DNA from: Tubiluchus corallicola
Taxonomy: Eukaryota > Animalia > Priapulida
Direction of reading: 5' to 3'
Assembly (NCBI GenBank): GCA_030141605.1
Contig: JAQGDQ010000075.1
Span: 310,001 to 374,000 of the forward strand
DNA: 64,000 nucleotides
Of the stretch, positions 1-60,182 are shown piece by piece (positions within the stretch are counted from its first letter, which is position 1; every line of letters starts with the position of its first letter). Position numbers and translations under genes: made by a program. The notes under the pieces were generated by a model, which saw nothing but the letters and a program-made list of their open reading frames with translations, had not been told where the DNA came from and made no database searches.

Positions 1-107
1 TAATGTATAGCTACTAAAATAAGTATAGTGTCCCTACTTCGCCGCGAAAATTCACTTATCGCGGATGGGCCTGGAACGGAACACCCGCGATAAGTGAGGG
101 AACACTG
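1..107. mobile_element. Right end of a Tigger/pogo-like DNA transposon or MITE, truncated by the window edge
   Basis: Ends in ccgcgataagtgagggaacactg (reverse complement CAGTGTTCCCTCACTTATCGCGG, a Tigger-type TIR). A subterminal inverted copy tcacttatcgcgg lies at 52-64. Confidence 0.6.
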
Positions 108-1947
108 TGCAAACAAAACAGCAAACAAGAACTAGGAGATCCTTGTTTCACTCCACAGTTGTAACACAAGAGATCATCTCCAATAATGCTACTGAAAAAG
201 TTACTGAGCGACACGACTGCTTTTAGAATTACATTAAATTTCTACGGACAGCACAGAGCAAAAATATTGTAAGTAAGCAACAAAAGTACCTAATTGAAAC
301 TAACTGAAAACAATGCAGCCATTTAAGCACTGTCGAATACTGGATGAAATTAAATGGTATAAGGTTTTGCTTGAAAAACTCAAATAACTCTACCGTGATC
401 CAGGTTCGCCGTGTGAGCCTTTTGAATGCTGACTGAAATTATGCTCGATTATGTATATACACGTAGTTCTTTCATTAACTAGTATACGGTAACTATTTTG
501 TTAATAAGAAACATAACTTACTATCTTATCCAGGAATTCTTAAGAATAGCGTGTCGAATTAATGCCAAACGTCCTGTCTATATTAAATTTGACCAAGAAT
601 TGTCATCAACCTGCATACAGTGTTAAGTGGTTGTTTCGTTCATACATATTCATTAAATCCAGAATAGCGTCATTAACATAATCCGAATCACTCGTCTTTG
701 GTATTCTCGGCATAAAATGAGCTGGATGGTAGAATTGACACAGATAAATAGCCAAAGAAATTAACGCGTTTGTGAGAAGCAAATGAGTTTCTTTAAAGCA
801 TCCTGCATGAATTATCACACAAGGTGAGTTAAGTCAAAACTGCGATGCGATTAAAAGCAAAAACTATACTCCAGGTCTTGCTACATATTATGATGTTTAG
901 CTCAAATCAGTCGGTCAACTCGAGCTTGCGAAGCTAAACCGTAAAACTGTTATACATTGTGCCGATAATATGTACCTGATGATAGTTACAGTTAAACTTC
1001 AATCATTCAGCGCAAGCAGTATACTCGCCATCATGACAAACACTACTTTCCAGATTTTGCAGTCACAGTTGCTCGCAAAAACTAAGTATCCATTTTCATT
1101 TTGTGATAAATCAGCACGTTGTCTTTTGCCCCAAAACTTGAATCGCGAACTTATAAAGAAAGAAATGGTCTCTCTCTCTCAACTGTACTGTTGTTAATAG
1201 TGAGCCTGCATAAAACGTACGAAACACATTCCAGAACTTCTACAGTGCTCAATGACTGTCTTTGACAAAATACTGTTGAAATTTCATTTTTTGCACTCCC
1301 CGGGCATCTCCACCCTTTGCCACGAGGCACCTGAAAAAGCCAGCAGGTCACCAAAGGAGTTACGTCAAGCGGGTTAACATGCAATTCATAAACTCCAGGA
1401 GCTCGGCTGCGTATCGACCAGTAGTTACAGAGGCTTGCCTAGGTTAGACTTTGAAGCCAAGTTGCTCGCAGCGATCTCAAGCAGATGTGCATGTCAGCTT
1501 CATTCATAGCTTTTTGGCCCGGCAGCAAGCAACTTGTGTTGATAACTCTATGGAGAATTTTACGCTGACTAGTAGGGTAATTATAGTAAATAGTTAACGG
1601 AGTTTGTGGTCTGGTAATCTGAAAATGGCTTCCTGAAAAACACCGACTCTGAAATTGCACATTCGATATTTGGCTGGAGCCTCATTGCTATTTCGCAGCA
1701 TGGAGTGTGTGTTGTAGTGCTGTATACCGCTTGTTTAATTGCTAGTTAAGGCATCTATAATAAATTTGGGCTAGAGAATAAATGTAGATCTAGTAATTGT
1801 CAAGAGAGTAAAATAACGGGTATAATTCTTTACATTCAGGTTACAGTGAAGTTGCTGAATATACTTCAGATTCTTATATTATGGGAAAAAAATGAAATGA
1901 TTTTTTTCCTTTGTCGTCTATTTTTTCGTAGTTTGATTACTATTATG

Positions 1948-2086
1948 TACTAGCTGAGTCCATCCGCGTTACGGATGTTGTTTTGCATGCCACTTTGATC
2001 ACCGTATCGGATGCCATTATTCTGACAGAGTGGGACGTCGATATTCGAACTTGGAACCACTTAAAATCTCTAAAAACACATTGGAC

Positions 2087-2122
<36 letters not shown>
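1948..2122 (+). mobile_element. Short Helitron/Helentron-like non-autonomous repeat ending in (AT)n
   Basis: Begins tactagctgagtccatccgcgttacgg and ends in an (AT)n tract at 2090-2122. The layout resembles DINE/HINE-type repeats; judged by eye only. Confidence 0.35.
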
Positions 2123-2125
<3 letters not shown>

Positions 2126-3148
2126 GTCCTAAAAGTGTTTTTCTTGACTCCATGTTGGGGGCATGTATACGTATGGATAATATATTTATATATACATAAG
2201 CATTCTCACACAACACATTAACACCAAATTAGAGACTTCATTTACACGATTTTTCATAGCTATCTATTTAGGCACAAGGCGTACAACCAAAAGTATGTTT
2301 CAGTAGTAGTTCTTGTCCACAATCTTAAACGCACCACGTCTACACAAGATTTCTGCTAAAGTAAACAGCGTACTATAAACCGCAGAAAGGTTTCTGTCCC
2401 CTTAGGTGATGATCTTAAGATGGGGTCTAAAAATAAGTGTGCAAATCCGCGTACATCCGTCAAGCTTTCAATCTTTTTGATGTAGAACTGAGAGAAGCTG
2501 TGTCTGTGAAATATAAACACCTCTTGGCGATGTTTTTGGATCATTGGGGGATTTGGTGGGCTGAGTCCCAGCAATTCACAACAAAAAAGTAAAAATAGTC
2601 TAGGCTATGATTTAAAAAAAGCGCCTGGCAAGGAACAGCGGTCGACTGACTCGGACTGACGTTTCTTTTAAAGTGCACACTTATAAATATAAAAGGAAAC
2701 ACAGGCTTAATCACGAGGAAACAGAGTGGGGGAAAGCTAAAACAACCGGAGCTTGTATTTTTCTACTTTTATTGGTAAATTACATTAACAGGTAATACTA
2801 AAAAACCGAATATGACAAAGTCACAAAATGAAGATTCTGCCAATATGTTCTGCAAGTGTAATGTTATGTAATATAATATTGTAAGGTAATGTGATATAGT
2901 GTAATGCGTGTTACATTACATTTTGCTCTATGCAAGTGTAAGCAACAAGAAAACATGATCAAAGCCGATAAGTTAGCTTTTAGTCACATGAACAATAATA
3001 CAATTAAATTTTGGAATAATATTAAACGTCATAACGACTCTAAGTAATGCACATGTGATCGTGCTTTAGTTAAAGAGAAAAACGGTAACCTGACAGACGT
3101 TAATAATTTTCGACTGATTCAACGGTTGCGAGTAAACCTCTGAAACAT

Positions 3149-3226
<78 letters not shown>

Positions 3227-3236
3227 GTTGTTGTTA
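3149..3236. repeat. (TAT)n/(TGT)n compound microsatellite
   Basis: Directly visible. Confidence 0.95.
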
Positions 3237-3299
3237 TACGGTACGATAATTATCTGGTAACCACACCTAGCCAGTTTAGTTACAAATTCAAACAGCACT

Positions 3300-4570
3300 A
3301 AGTGCATTATCACTCTAAAAGAAATTACTAACTAGTAATTACTAAAAAAAATAGCTGTGCTCACATACTCTGTTCATAGATGCGTCCAAAGCTTTCGATA
3401 AACTGAATTACTGTAACTATTTCTAAGGTTGCTAGACACTCACTGTCCACACATTATTGTAAGATTATTGTATATTTTTGGTACGCTGGACAGCATATGT
3501 GCATAAGAATGGAATGAAACTGTAGCTGCTAATTTTGCATTTTCTAATGGGTTGAGACAAGTCATTTTTTGTTTCCAAAATTGTACAATACATGTATGTG
3601 TGATGCGAGTAATATTCTAACGAAATGCCACCTGGGTTGCTTAATTGACAATATTTATGCAAATCACTTGATTCATGCCGACGATACTTGTTTGTGTTAC
3701 TTGTTTAGTCACCTCTACCATCACGGGTTTGCAACGGTTCATTGATAAATACATGAATTGCATGAATAAATTAGAAGTCACTATTAACATGAAGAGAACA
3801 AAACTTTTTTCCTTGAAACCCAACTCGTTGGCTAATGCTCCCTCTGGAAGGGTGTATTTGTCTAATCACTATGTATGTGCTGCTGGTGGAAAGAAATACC
3901 TGGGACATTTACTAATCAGTAATGGCAGAGACTATAAGGACATGGCGCAGCAACCTCGTCTTTTTTGCATCAGAAGCATCAATCTAATTCGCAACTTTTC
4001 CTCCCGTAGATAGGTAGATAGTTTATTGACATATGGCCAACAGGATCAAAACAATTATAAACATTTCATACAATATATTACATGCACGTTCGGATAAATT
4101 TTGCCACTACATGTTGTAGCTACATTGCCAAATAAAACCCATCTTCATCAGTCAATGCACCTCTTTCCACTGCTCAGCACGGTGGCATAAGTATTACATG
4201 TATAGTCTCAGAAATTTGAAAGTCTCGTATAACAAAAGTATGTGTACGTTATTTAGCCAACATATGATTACTCTGCTGCTTATTCGGCCAGAATAAGAAT
4301 TTTAATTTCCAGCAATGTTCTTATGTGGGTGACATTGTAAATAGTGGTTGTTTGTTTTATTCAAAATTATATAACAAATGGTTAAACCTATTATCTGTAA
4401 GTTTTATGTAAATAGTAATTGTGTTATTGTAATTTTTGTTCATGTAATATTGTTCCGTTTCTGGTATTGTCTTGTATACTAACTGTTATTGTATTGTAGA
4501 TATTATGCTATTTTGTATTATAACTGTTGTTATATGATCAACGGTTGCAATAAAAACTTTACTTATTTAA
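3300..4570 (+). mobile_element. Degenerate non-LTR retrotransposon (LINE): RT fragment and 3' end
   Basis: Frameshifted RT motifs IDASKAFDKLN, NGLRQ, HLIHADDTCL and KKYLGH (the last in ORF 3675-4013). An AATAAA-type end lies near 4550. Confidence 0.8.
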
Positions 4571-4739
4571 ATAGTAAGATTCTGGATATATTGCATAATC
4601 TTAATTATATACTAAAAACTAGTTTTTGTTTAATTAAATAATTCCGAAGTGATTTTTCCAACACCACGGTCAATATAATAACAAAGTGTCTATGTCTCTA
4701 ATAATTTAAAATTCATATCTCATTACGACATTTTCCGGT

Positions 4740-5250
4740 ATTTTAACTTCTTTTCTACTTTTTAACTGCTTGACTGAAAATTAGTTTTTTATCAAATTAA
4801 TTCAATAATAAATTAATTTAGATATTAAACTGTGATCAACCCGAATTAAACGGTTAATGTATAAACAACAATCAACTTAACGGCTAATTAAATAATGAAG
4901 GACGAATGCTCTGAATAATTAATGAGAATACTAGGACTTGAACATGGAATCTTGCAATTTCGAGTCGCACGCTCTAAAATTTAAGTTGTGAGGTGTTCTG
5001 CTATGAGATTTCAACCTACTTTTGGTAAGACAGGTCGATAGCTCAAACAGTAGTATGTGCATTTGACCTGTAATGGTAAGGTTCTAGGTTCAAGTCCAGG
5101 TTTACAATTTTTCAGTGTCCAACTCCTTTTTCAATTAATTAGTCGTTAAATGCTGCTTAAGCACCCGAGTTTAAAAATTAATGCAAATCAATTTGAAAAT
5201 TATCAAGTTAACTGAAAACGCGGCAAAATATGAAAGAGTTAATCTTGGCC
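4740..5250. repeat. Palindromic element with two divergently oriented tRNA-like (Pol III SINE-head) sequences
   Basis: 4877-5003 is an imperfect reverse complement of 5022-5149. The + arm has an A-box-like tagctcaaacagtag and B box ggttcaagtcc (5087-5097). The - arm has B box gttcaagtcc (about 4934-4943). Confidence 0.65.
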
Positions 5251-5970
5251 TTTATGCGGGAATTAACCTGGGGAATCACGACAAATTATCGTAAAATTTT
5301 CCCGGTTTCCTTCACATGCAAATTGACTGCATTTAATTCACTGCGATTTTATTTGGTCGCAAAACTGCGCTAATCTTCTGATATCATAAAACGAATTGTG
5401 TCCAAAAGCTTTGCTCAACTGATTGGGATCTACAATGCAGTTTGTAGTTGAATTTTATTAAAGGAATTTCTATAGTATAAAATAGGACTGAGAGCAAAGA
5501 TGGCTGAATATTTTAAAGTGAACTTTTGAACCAGATTACTGTGAAATTTTTATAATCCGCTGTTCTGACCCTAGGCAACGAGCCAATGACAAAACAATGG
5601 TTAACAGACAGATTAAACAATAAACAAATTTAGTGGGACGCGTAGTAAATACAATTTGTAGCATGGCGTATTGTTCCTATATTCACAGAAGGTCCTTCGA
5701 AAATTCTGAAGACGGCGAAGAAATTCGCAAATGCATTAAAAGGAGCGGGAGCTGAAAACGCGTGAACTCAGCACTGGGTATAACATTAACTCCAACTTTC
5801 ACGTTACGTTCTCGTTACACAAATTACTATTTTTTTTCTTAAAGTTATACCATTTAACAACTCTTCTCGAGGGAGAGGCTCAAAATTCGTAAACCACTAA
5901 CTCCGTCCGATAACACCAGACGCAGCCAGTATTAATGCAAACTACTTTAACGGTAGCTTTATAAACATAC

Positions 5971-52102
<46,132 letters not shown>

Positions 52103-52289
52103 CTACAAAAAACAAACAAACAGAATACACATCTAATTTAAAAGTTAGTTCGTTAATTAGTTAATTAATTAGTTAGTTAATTAATATTTGAAATGCCGAG
52201 GTCTCTGTTGGCTACAGTAGTAAGTAACGCCAAGCCTGTGTGGTAAGTGGATTTAAGAACTCAAGGTGGTTAAATTAATTTATTGTCTG

Positions 52290-52555
52290 CACCTCATTAC
52301 TCACTAGTGCTGCCTGTGATCATTAAATTTTACTATTTTAACATATTAAAAAGATGGCTGACTTGACACCTTTTGGTCGGCTCGCTATCCTCTCTCCTTT
52401 TCACTTATTACTAGCAATTAGGCCCTATTTACCAGTATAGTATTCAACTATGGCACCTTTGTAGACTGGAAGTAGTTATTGTACATTTGTAAATTGGAGA
52501 AAAAAAATAAATTTCAATTCAATTTCTAATACAATACAATACAATTCAATTCAAA
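52290..52555 (+). mobile_element. LINE 3'-UTR remnant with (CAATW)n tail
   Basis: aaataaa followed by caatt/caata pentamer repeats, typical of CR1/L2-group 3' ends. Confidence 0.4.
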
Positions 52556-55500
52556 TTTGCGAAATCAGTAACAAACGAGAGAGGTATTAATGCATATAAG
52601 TTCAGGCACATCAGCATCATGGTGTATTAGAGGCTGTTTCAAGTCTCTGTCGAAACTCATAAACTGGGTGTACCTAGTGGATTACAACGTTAAAGTCTTG
52701 GTCGATTAAATTTACTTCCTTTTACTAATAAGATATCAGTATACTTTGACGTGGGTATCAGGCTTATCAACACAAACTGAGTGCAAGCCTAAATGGCGGG
52801 TGTGAATTGGCTTTAACAATTAATTTTTTCTGCACATTTTCATTCTAACCCGACAGGATCATGTCGCACTTCAATAAGGTACAAGTCCTTGGGCGTTTAT
52901 GTACGAATTCCTAAATACTGTGACTGCTGACATATACACAGATAAATTTTTTGATAATCGTCAAACAGTCAGGTCTTACATTCACACAATAAATAGGACA
53001 TAAAAGCAGAGTCTAGCTTGAGCCACAAATACAGCATTCTTTTTGAAAACGAAGGACAAGTTCCTATTCCCAAAAGCACAGTATTTGTGCACAAGCTGGC
53101 GGTTTTTAAACGTGAAATAATATAACAGAATCAAATGGGCATTTTCAATAATGGGTGAGCCGGTTAGCCTAATTATATATAAAATTTACGCGATTTTATT
53201 TGAAAATTACCACAATTAATTGGAGCTTTGTCTTCGTCAGCACCGTTAAATACCATCATTTTGTTTTCTCGGCCCTCACACGCACACTCCGCATACACAG
53301 TACAAAAATTCAATCGCGTGCAACTACATCTACATTTTTGTTGTTCGATTATTTGCTTTGTTATTTTTTTGTTGTTTTAGACTGAAGTAAGTTGAAGATA
53401 GCGCATACGGCCAGCCGAAACTTACCCAACAAAGTGTTGGAAGATTGTAATGTTGTAATGTTAGGGGATAAAATTGCTTTTAAAGGTTTAGCTGTTGAAT
53501 TCTGAGAATAATGGTAGTCAGTTATTAGTACATTATCAACAAAAGTATCGGAATTCAATAATTATTTAACTGTCAAGAAATAAACTTGTTGCAGTTTGAT
53601 GGGCTTGAGGAGAGATTCAAGAGAACGCATTCGACCGCGACAAAAATAAACAAACGCAAAAAGCAACAGCAAAAGCGTATGAAATAAAACACCTTGAGGC
53701 CAAATTTTACAATCACCTATTTAGCGTAAAATAAACCTACCAATGTTGACTAAACCTCAGAGAAATAACTCAAACCACGTGTGCAAATAAACTTCTTGCA
53801 AAAAATGTGTAAACTACAGATTAATTAACAGATTCTTTTCATTGTGAAATTGACTGAATAAACGTAACGTTGTTTTCAAGGAACTACTTTTATTCTTTGT
53901 TTAGTCTCACGATTTTAGAAGCAAAGTGCTTTCAAAATTTTGCATCAAACAGCAGCGTCTTTTGCTATGAAAGCAGATGTTAAAGGTTTTGCCTCCAAAG
54001 TAATCTTTTCAGTTTTTCACATGTTAGAAAGCGGTGTTTCGTAAAAAAATACAGTAATAAATCAAGAAAAGGGGCAGCAAATGTGTCTGTGCGTGCTTCC
54101 TATGGCGACGGTTGTTGTGAAGAGGTAGTGCCGATTTGCACAGTCATGAACGTGAACAAACGAAGCGATTTTGAGGAAAGGTATTATAGGCTTTGCTGCA
54201 AAACCATTCTTTCCCAATTACTGGTCTGTCATCCACAACTTTATAGATTTGCTCTCAGAATTTTTTGCTCAAATTCCTTCTAGAGCATTGGTGGTTTCAT
54301 TTTTTGTATTTTGGCGTAATTTCAAACTTTACAATTTCATTAAAGTATACCCCATAATTTTTAATAGGACCTATCTATTATGACTGCAGAGAGCGCGAAC
54401 GAATTAATTCTAGAACGAATCTAGTTTCAGTTTTCAAAAAAAAAATCAATTTGTACGCTGTGTGCACGTAGGACAATGAAAATGTTTGAACATCATTTAT
54501 TGATACTCTCCATATAATCGATTAAGACCCACTTCGAAAAAACTAGAATGACCCAAATTCAACCTACATTCAATGTGATGCTACTATGCATGTCAATTTA
54601 CACAGAAAAACTGCATGAAAACATGGTTACAGGGATTTACATTACATCCGGCGAGCTACTCACAGAGAAGTCATTATTGCCTTGGTAATGCAAGCAGTAA
54701 CTTATTTTCCTGCTTCCTACCAACAAATTATTATTTTGCCGCCAGTTTGAAATTTCACGCCATCAATTCCAATATCCCACAATCCCACTGACCAATTCCA
54801 ACTTTTCTTATAATGCTAACGTTCTAAGAAAATGACTAAACTAAGTAAACAATAACAAAAAATGTAAAACAGACAGCAAACAAACAAATGAAAGCAAACA
54901 AATGAATGAAGAGACAGACAAACAGACAACTAAGCAAAAATAAAAAATAAACAATAAACAAATGCGCAAGCAAATAGCCAAGTGTACAAACTCACAGTTA
55001 AAATGAGCAAATGAGAGAATAAACGAATAAACAAGCACAAACACAAACACGCAAGTAAACAAAAAAGCAAATTACTGAGCGAGCAAGCAAGCACGGACGA
55101 GCGCATAAACGTTCAAAACATTTTAAACCTGTTAGAAATTTTAAGTCTACTAAGCACATTAACATACAATTGACGCATTTAGCAGTGCCTAATGAAGTAG
55201 CCTCAAGTCTCTGATAAACGGATAAAAAGCTATAGATCAATTTTTACAGCCGGACTCCTAAATTTCGGTTTCACTTATGTGGTAATGAATATTTGAACAC
55301 AAAGAAAAATGTTGTCCACTCAAACGGTCATTTTCGTCGATTTGCAGATTCCGCTCTCGCGTCAGGATCATCTCGAAACTATCTTCCTGGTTTTGGCGGC
55401 GCCTTTGGCAAAGGAACTTTCCCAAATTACACAGCGATGATAACAAATTTACAAAAAAGAACGTAAATGTTCTTTTTACAGTCCAGAGGAAAATGCAAGA

Positions 55501-55899
55501 ATCTGGAAAAGTGTACCTGATGGTGATCGTAAAAATGCCCTGCCGATTCCTGAAGCATTTGCAATTAGCGAACAAGCAATTTTACTAAAGAATGCTGGCG
55601 TTGATGACGATTTGAGAAGAATGATTTATGGTTCACTTATAAGACACTTGTAGACGATCCACAGGACAACCGTAATGGTCTGATATAATACAACGAAGAT
55701 GTCCAGTTCTCACTTAAAGGTAGCCTTTAAGAAATACTAGTCGGCATACAGGGAAGGTAATAACTGGGAGATGGGACGCAATACACAGTAAAATTCATTA
55801 AAACACTGACGGTGAGGACAGAGAAGAGATAGAATAAATACGACTCACTCGTACTATTTAGTCGAGGGACTTGCTGAAATCAAGATCGTGGATTAGAAA

Positions 55900-56450
55900 C
55901 GACGTCAATGCCACCATCTTGAATTCAAGATGGCAAATCTAAAATCCGACCCTGTCAATCGATGCAGAATTGGTTCTAGGATATTTCTTTTATTACGATC
56001 TACTGCGAATTGGTGGAGCTTTAGGTTTTTCTCTAAAACGATGTTGTTGTTGCAAAATTAAAAAAACAAAACAAAATGGCAGATGAAAAATCCAAATCCA
56101 AGTCCGTCAGTCGATGCAGAATTTGCTTTAGTATATTTCTATGAATTCAATGACGATCCATCTGCGGGGCATTAGGCTTTTTTTCGGAAATGATGTTATC
56201 GCGGCCGTCTTGAATTTCACATAAAACGGCGAGCGAAACATCTGATTCAGCTAGTCGATGGGAAAATTGTTTTAAGGTATTCCTGAAAACTTTCATGACG
56301 ATCCATAGTTAGGCTTTTGTCGAAAATTATCTTATCGCTGCCATCTTGAATACAAAATGACTCGGTCAATCGATGCGGAATTTATTTTAGTACATTCACG
56401 TTGTGTTTCATGACAATCAAGTGCGACGCATCGGAGCTTCATAGTTTTTC
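55900..56450 (+). repeat. Four tandem ~115-150-bp units
   Basis: The anchor tcgatgcagaatt or a close variant occurs at 55959, 56111, 56255 and 56370, with shared gccatcttgaa and gacgatcca motifs. Confidence 0.8.
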
Positions 56451-56799
56451 AAAAGGTCATCCCCAAAATAACAAGAACAAGAACAAGAAAAAGAAGAAGA
56501 AGAAGAATAGCAACATTAACAACATCTAGAAGAGTAGCGACCAAAAAGAAAAAAGCTAAGTAGAAAGAAAAAAATAAAAAATAATGGAAAAAGAGTAGCT
56601 CATGGAAGACGGAACGGAATAAGGAAATTGGAAGAAAGAAGAAGAGAATAGGAAGAAAGTTGAAGAAGGTGAGGGAAAAAAAGAAAGAAAACAGTTTTCT
56701 AGTAGTTACAATAATGCCGAAAAAGTGCAAACCTACACAAAGTGACGCTACAGAAAGTTTTGGTTACGATAATGTTTGTTTCTTGTATTTTTCTCTTAT

Positions 56800-57560
56800 A
56801 TTGTAAAGACAACTTCTAGAAAAATTCAACTATCATCATAGGCGCTTTGCAGATTAAAACATCCAGTTTTTAACATTCCAGCTAAATAACACCTTATCAA
56901 AGTTGCGCAGTTCTAAAACTGATGCCTAATCGATCATTCTCTGACGGAAAACGATATAAATCTGGGTTACAATTTACTCAAGGAAAACAGGGACTTTTCA
57001 GGAATTTAAGACGTTCGCAGAACTGCTGACATTTTATAAGACGGTCCTAGAGCTGCTGACACTTGCAATTTTTGCACAAAAGGTCGTTTACCTGCGAAGC
57101 GAACAAGCGAAGGTGTCTGTATCAGAAATGTCACTTCCAATAGAAAATGCCTGCAGGTGAAATTACATTAGTAATGCTTTAGTCAGTTTCTATGTAGCCC
57201 TTTGGATGTTATTAACTTCGGCACATCTAAATAGTTACTCTTTCGTCTCTCCACTTTTTTGAAGTTATGAGTCTCTCAAGGTCATCAAGTAACTCCTATG
57301 TATCGTACAAAAGCTGGATTAAGAGTAAACTTTAATGATCTATTCTCAAGTTGAGTTTAAGTAGGCTTATTTTTTGGATCTAAATTCTAAAACAAGCTTA
57401 CTTTAATAATTCATGGAGCCAAGCTTACAGAAAAAGTCTTTTAGAATCGTCAAGGTAAGAAGTGGCATTTCAGAAATAAAAACGCTATTCAAAATTTGAT
57501 GACAATTCCAATAGAAAGCACTTCTAAAGAGCTTAGCAGGTGCTCAACGTCAAGAAAGGA
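56800..57560 (+). mobile_element. Possible very old LINE RT remnant
   Basis: Faint GEITLV..D-type and VSQG motifs, heavily frameshifted. Confidence 0.3.
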
Positions 57561-57652
57561 AAACCATCATTATAAAATTTAATGGAGAATCAGAGGTGAT
57601 GATTGATGGGGTTATCGCATGAACACTAGCATGAGCAAGTGTACTGAGCATG

Positions 57653-58022
57653 CAGGGTTGAGCATTCTCTACCAGAATCTAATTCGAATTTAGTTTTCAA
57701 GAAATTTTTTCAGAAAATTTTCCAGCCATTAATAAAAAGCAGTCACACAAACGTTATGTATGTATTACCTGATTTTGTTCTGCACTAAAATACTAGTAAC
57801 TTGTTTAAAAATTGTGCACAGAAATCGCAGCTAAATTGCGCTGATTATATGCTGTTTCAAACGTTTTAATGATAAATAACTTATACAGGTGAAGTATTGA
57901 ATTATTCAAATCAATAATTTTTGGTTTGAATCGAATTCGAATTTAAAAACTGGTTCGAATCGTATTAGAACGTTAGATTTCGATTCGAACTTATAAACTC
58001 GAACGTCCGATGACCACCCCTA
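57653..58022. mobile_element. hAT-like MITE remnant
   Basis: Ends cagggttgagcattc and cgatgaccaccccta (TAGGG-type TIR) with many TTCGAA subterminal motifs. No intact 8-bp TSD. Confidence 0.4.
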
Positions 58023-58459
58023 TTAGTGACTTCATCAGTTTGTCAGAAGATTTGATTCATTGCTATTTAAACCAGAAATGTGAAATTAGACGTTGGTACA
58101 AAATAAATTCTATGATACCAATGATGTCACGGCCCGGGTATGTCAGCAGTTTAATTTCTACAAAATTTTGGCTTTTGGTGCCATGTGAGCGGTTTGTTTT
58201 CCGCGCAGTGATGCTTTGTGGTATCGCTGAATTGTTATAACACTTAAATTTTACCAGTTCAGGAACACTGAACTTTTTTAAACTGATCCTTGAAGTGCTC
58301 CGAATAATTTAAATTTGGCATGACTTCAGAAAATCTTCATTTACTCAATGAAAATTCAATTTAGGCATAGTCCGTGTTTTCATAGGCTCTGCTAAGTTAG
58401 ACTTTCTGGCATAGTTTTTGGTCGAGGGTCTCACAATACATTTCACGTTCATAATGGCG

Positions 58460-59105
58460 ATTATGAAACCACTTTCGAAAAAAGCCTAAGGCTCTACCAA
58501 TTCGCAAAGGAATATATAAAAATATACTAGAATAAATTCTGCATCTATCGAGTGAATCGGTGTTTTGATACGCCATTTTGAATTTAGATAAGGAGAGAGA
58601 AGAAAGACAAAAAGACGGAGAAAGAGAAAAAGCGAGAGAAGGGAGAGCGCAGAGCAAACGAATTGACCACGACGACAAAAGAGTGGGAAAACAGAAACAG
58701 CACTCTGTCCTGAGACAGAGTATGCGTGGGCGTGTGTGTGTGTGTGTGTGTGTGCGTGCGTGTTTGTGCGTGCATGCGTAAGAAAAAAGACCCGATTAGT
58801 GTTAAAAATGCGAAATTTGTAATTTTCGATAAAAGCCTTAACTCTCTGACAGTTCACAATGGATCGTCATAAAATTTATGGAAATATACTAGATCAAATC
58901 CCGCTTTGACTGAGGTCGTCGGACTTTTGATCTAAATTCTAGATGACAGAATAACATCATACCAAGAAAGGGTAAGGTTTCACCTATTCGCAATATCGTA
59001 ATGAAACTCCACTGGAATATTAAAAAAAAAACAAATTCTGCATCGATTGACAGAGTGGGATTTTCGATTTGTGTCTTAAATTCAAGATGGTGGCATTGAC
59101 GTGGC
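58460..59105 (-). repeat. Inverted copies of the 55900-56450 repeat unit, with an internal (GT)n
   Basis: 59034-59102 is the near reverse complement of 55902-55972. Further partial units occur at about 58540 and 58860. Confidence 0.75.
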
Positions 59106-60019
59106 TTATTTCGAGTCGAACTTGCTTATAATCTTTCACACTAGCCAACTACAGTATCGAACTACGACGTTTGGAACGCAAAAAAACAATTGAAATAACT
59201 ACATTTGTTTGACACGGTAATTTTTTATATTAACGTTGGTGACATCGCGTTGTTCCAACATATTAATAATCTATAAAAAACAAGCTACCATATTGTTTTG
59301 TGAAAGGAAAGTTATATAATACGAAATGTCTTTTGTGGCTAAGAAGCAGTAGCTTTTGCATTTTTTTATTTGCAGAAATACACGTGTATTGCTTTAAGTA
59401 ACTTTCTTACTTGTTTTTTATCGAGACGTCATGCACTCGCTCATTTCTAGGTCTATTCATGCACGAAATACTGAACGTAACACTCTTGCTTGATTAGTAA
59501 TACTTACTTGGTCAGCTAATCATTCAAAAACACATTATTGTTTATACAACTTTCAATAAGTTTACTACATAAACATGATCTGAAAAGCTACCTCGTTTAG
59601 CTGGAAATATCACATCAAAATCAGAATTCACCGCAATAATCCTCTCCCAGTTATTCTCTGTGAAACTACACTCGTCAGTGTTGCGAAGTTTATGCACTAC
59701 CTGAGCTACCTGCGCTTATCACTACCGGTATGTGTGACAGTTGGAGGAGCAAACAGAGAGCATTAACTCGCATGGAATCAGTATAAAAGGTGACCGGTGA
59801 TATTTATCCACCGGCTCCTAACAACGTGTTTAATGTAGCATCAGTAAATATGGCAGTGATAAAGCTTGACAGTAGCAGCAGCTAGCCAGGTGGTCTAGCT
59901 GGCACTGTTCACGAAAGCTAGCCCAGTAGGGTTTCTTGTAAATTGCCAAAAACAGGCTGATAACAGACAGACGTTCAAAAATGAATTACGTATTTTTAAC
60001 ACTAATCAGGTCTTTTTCT

Positions 60020-60182
60020 CGCGCACGCACACACTCACACACACGCACCATTACCCGTACACACCCGCACACACCCACAACCAACCACACAAACCACCCA
60101 CCCACACACACACACACACACCCGCACACCCGCACGCACGCACACACACACACACACAACACACGCACACACACACACACAC
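60020..60182. repeat. (CA)n-rich microsatellite
   Basis: Directly visible. Confidence 0.95.

Noticed and set aside
5033-5100. Functional tRNA gene
   Set aside because: The A box and stems are degenerate and it is part of a mirrored repeat, so it is treated as a SINE-like head.
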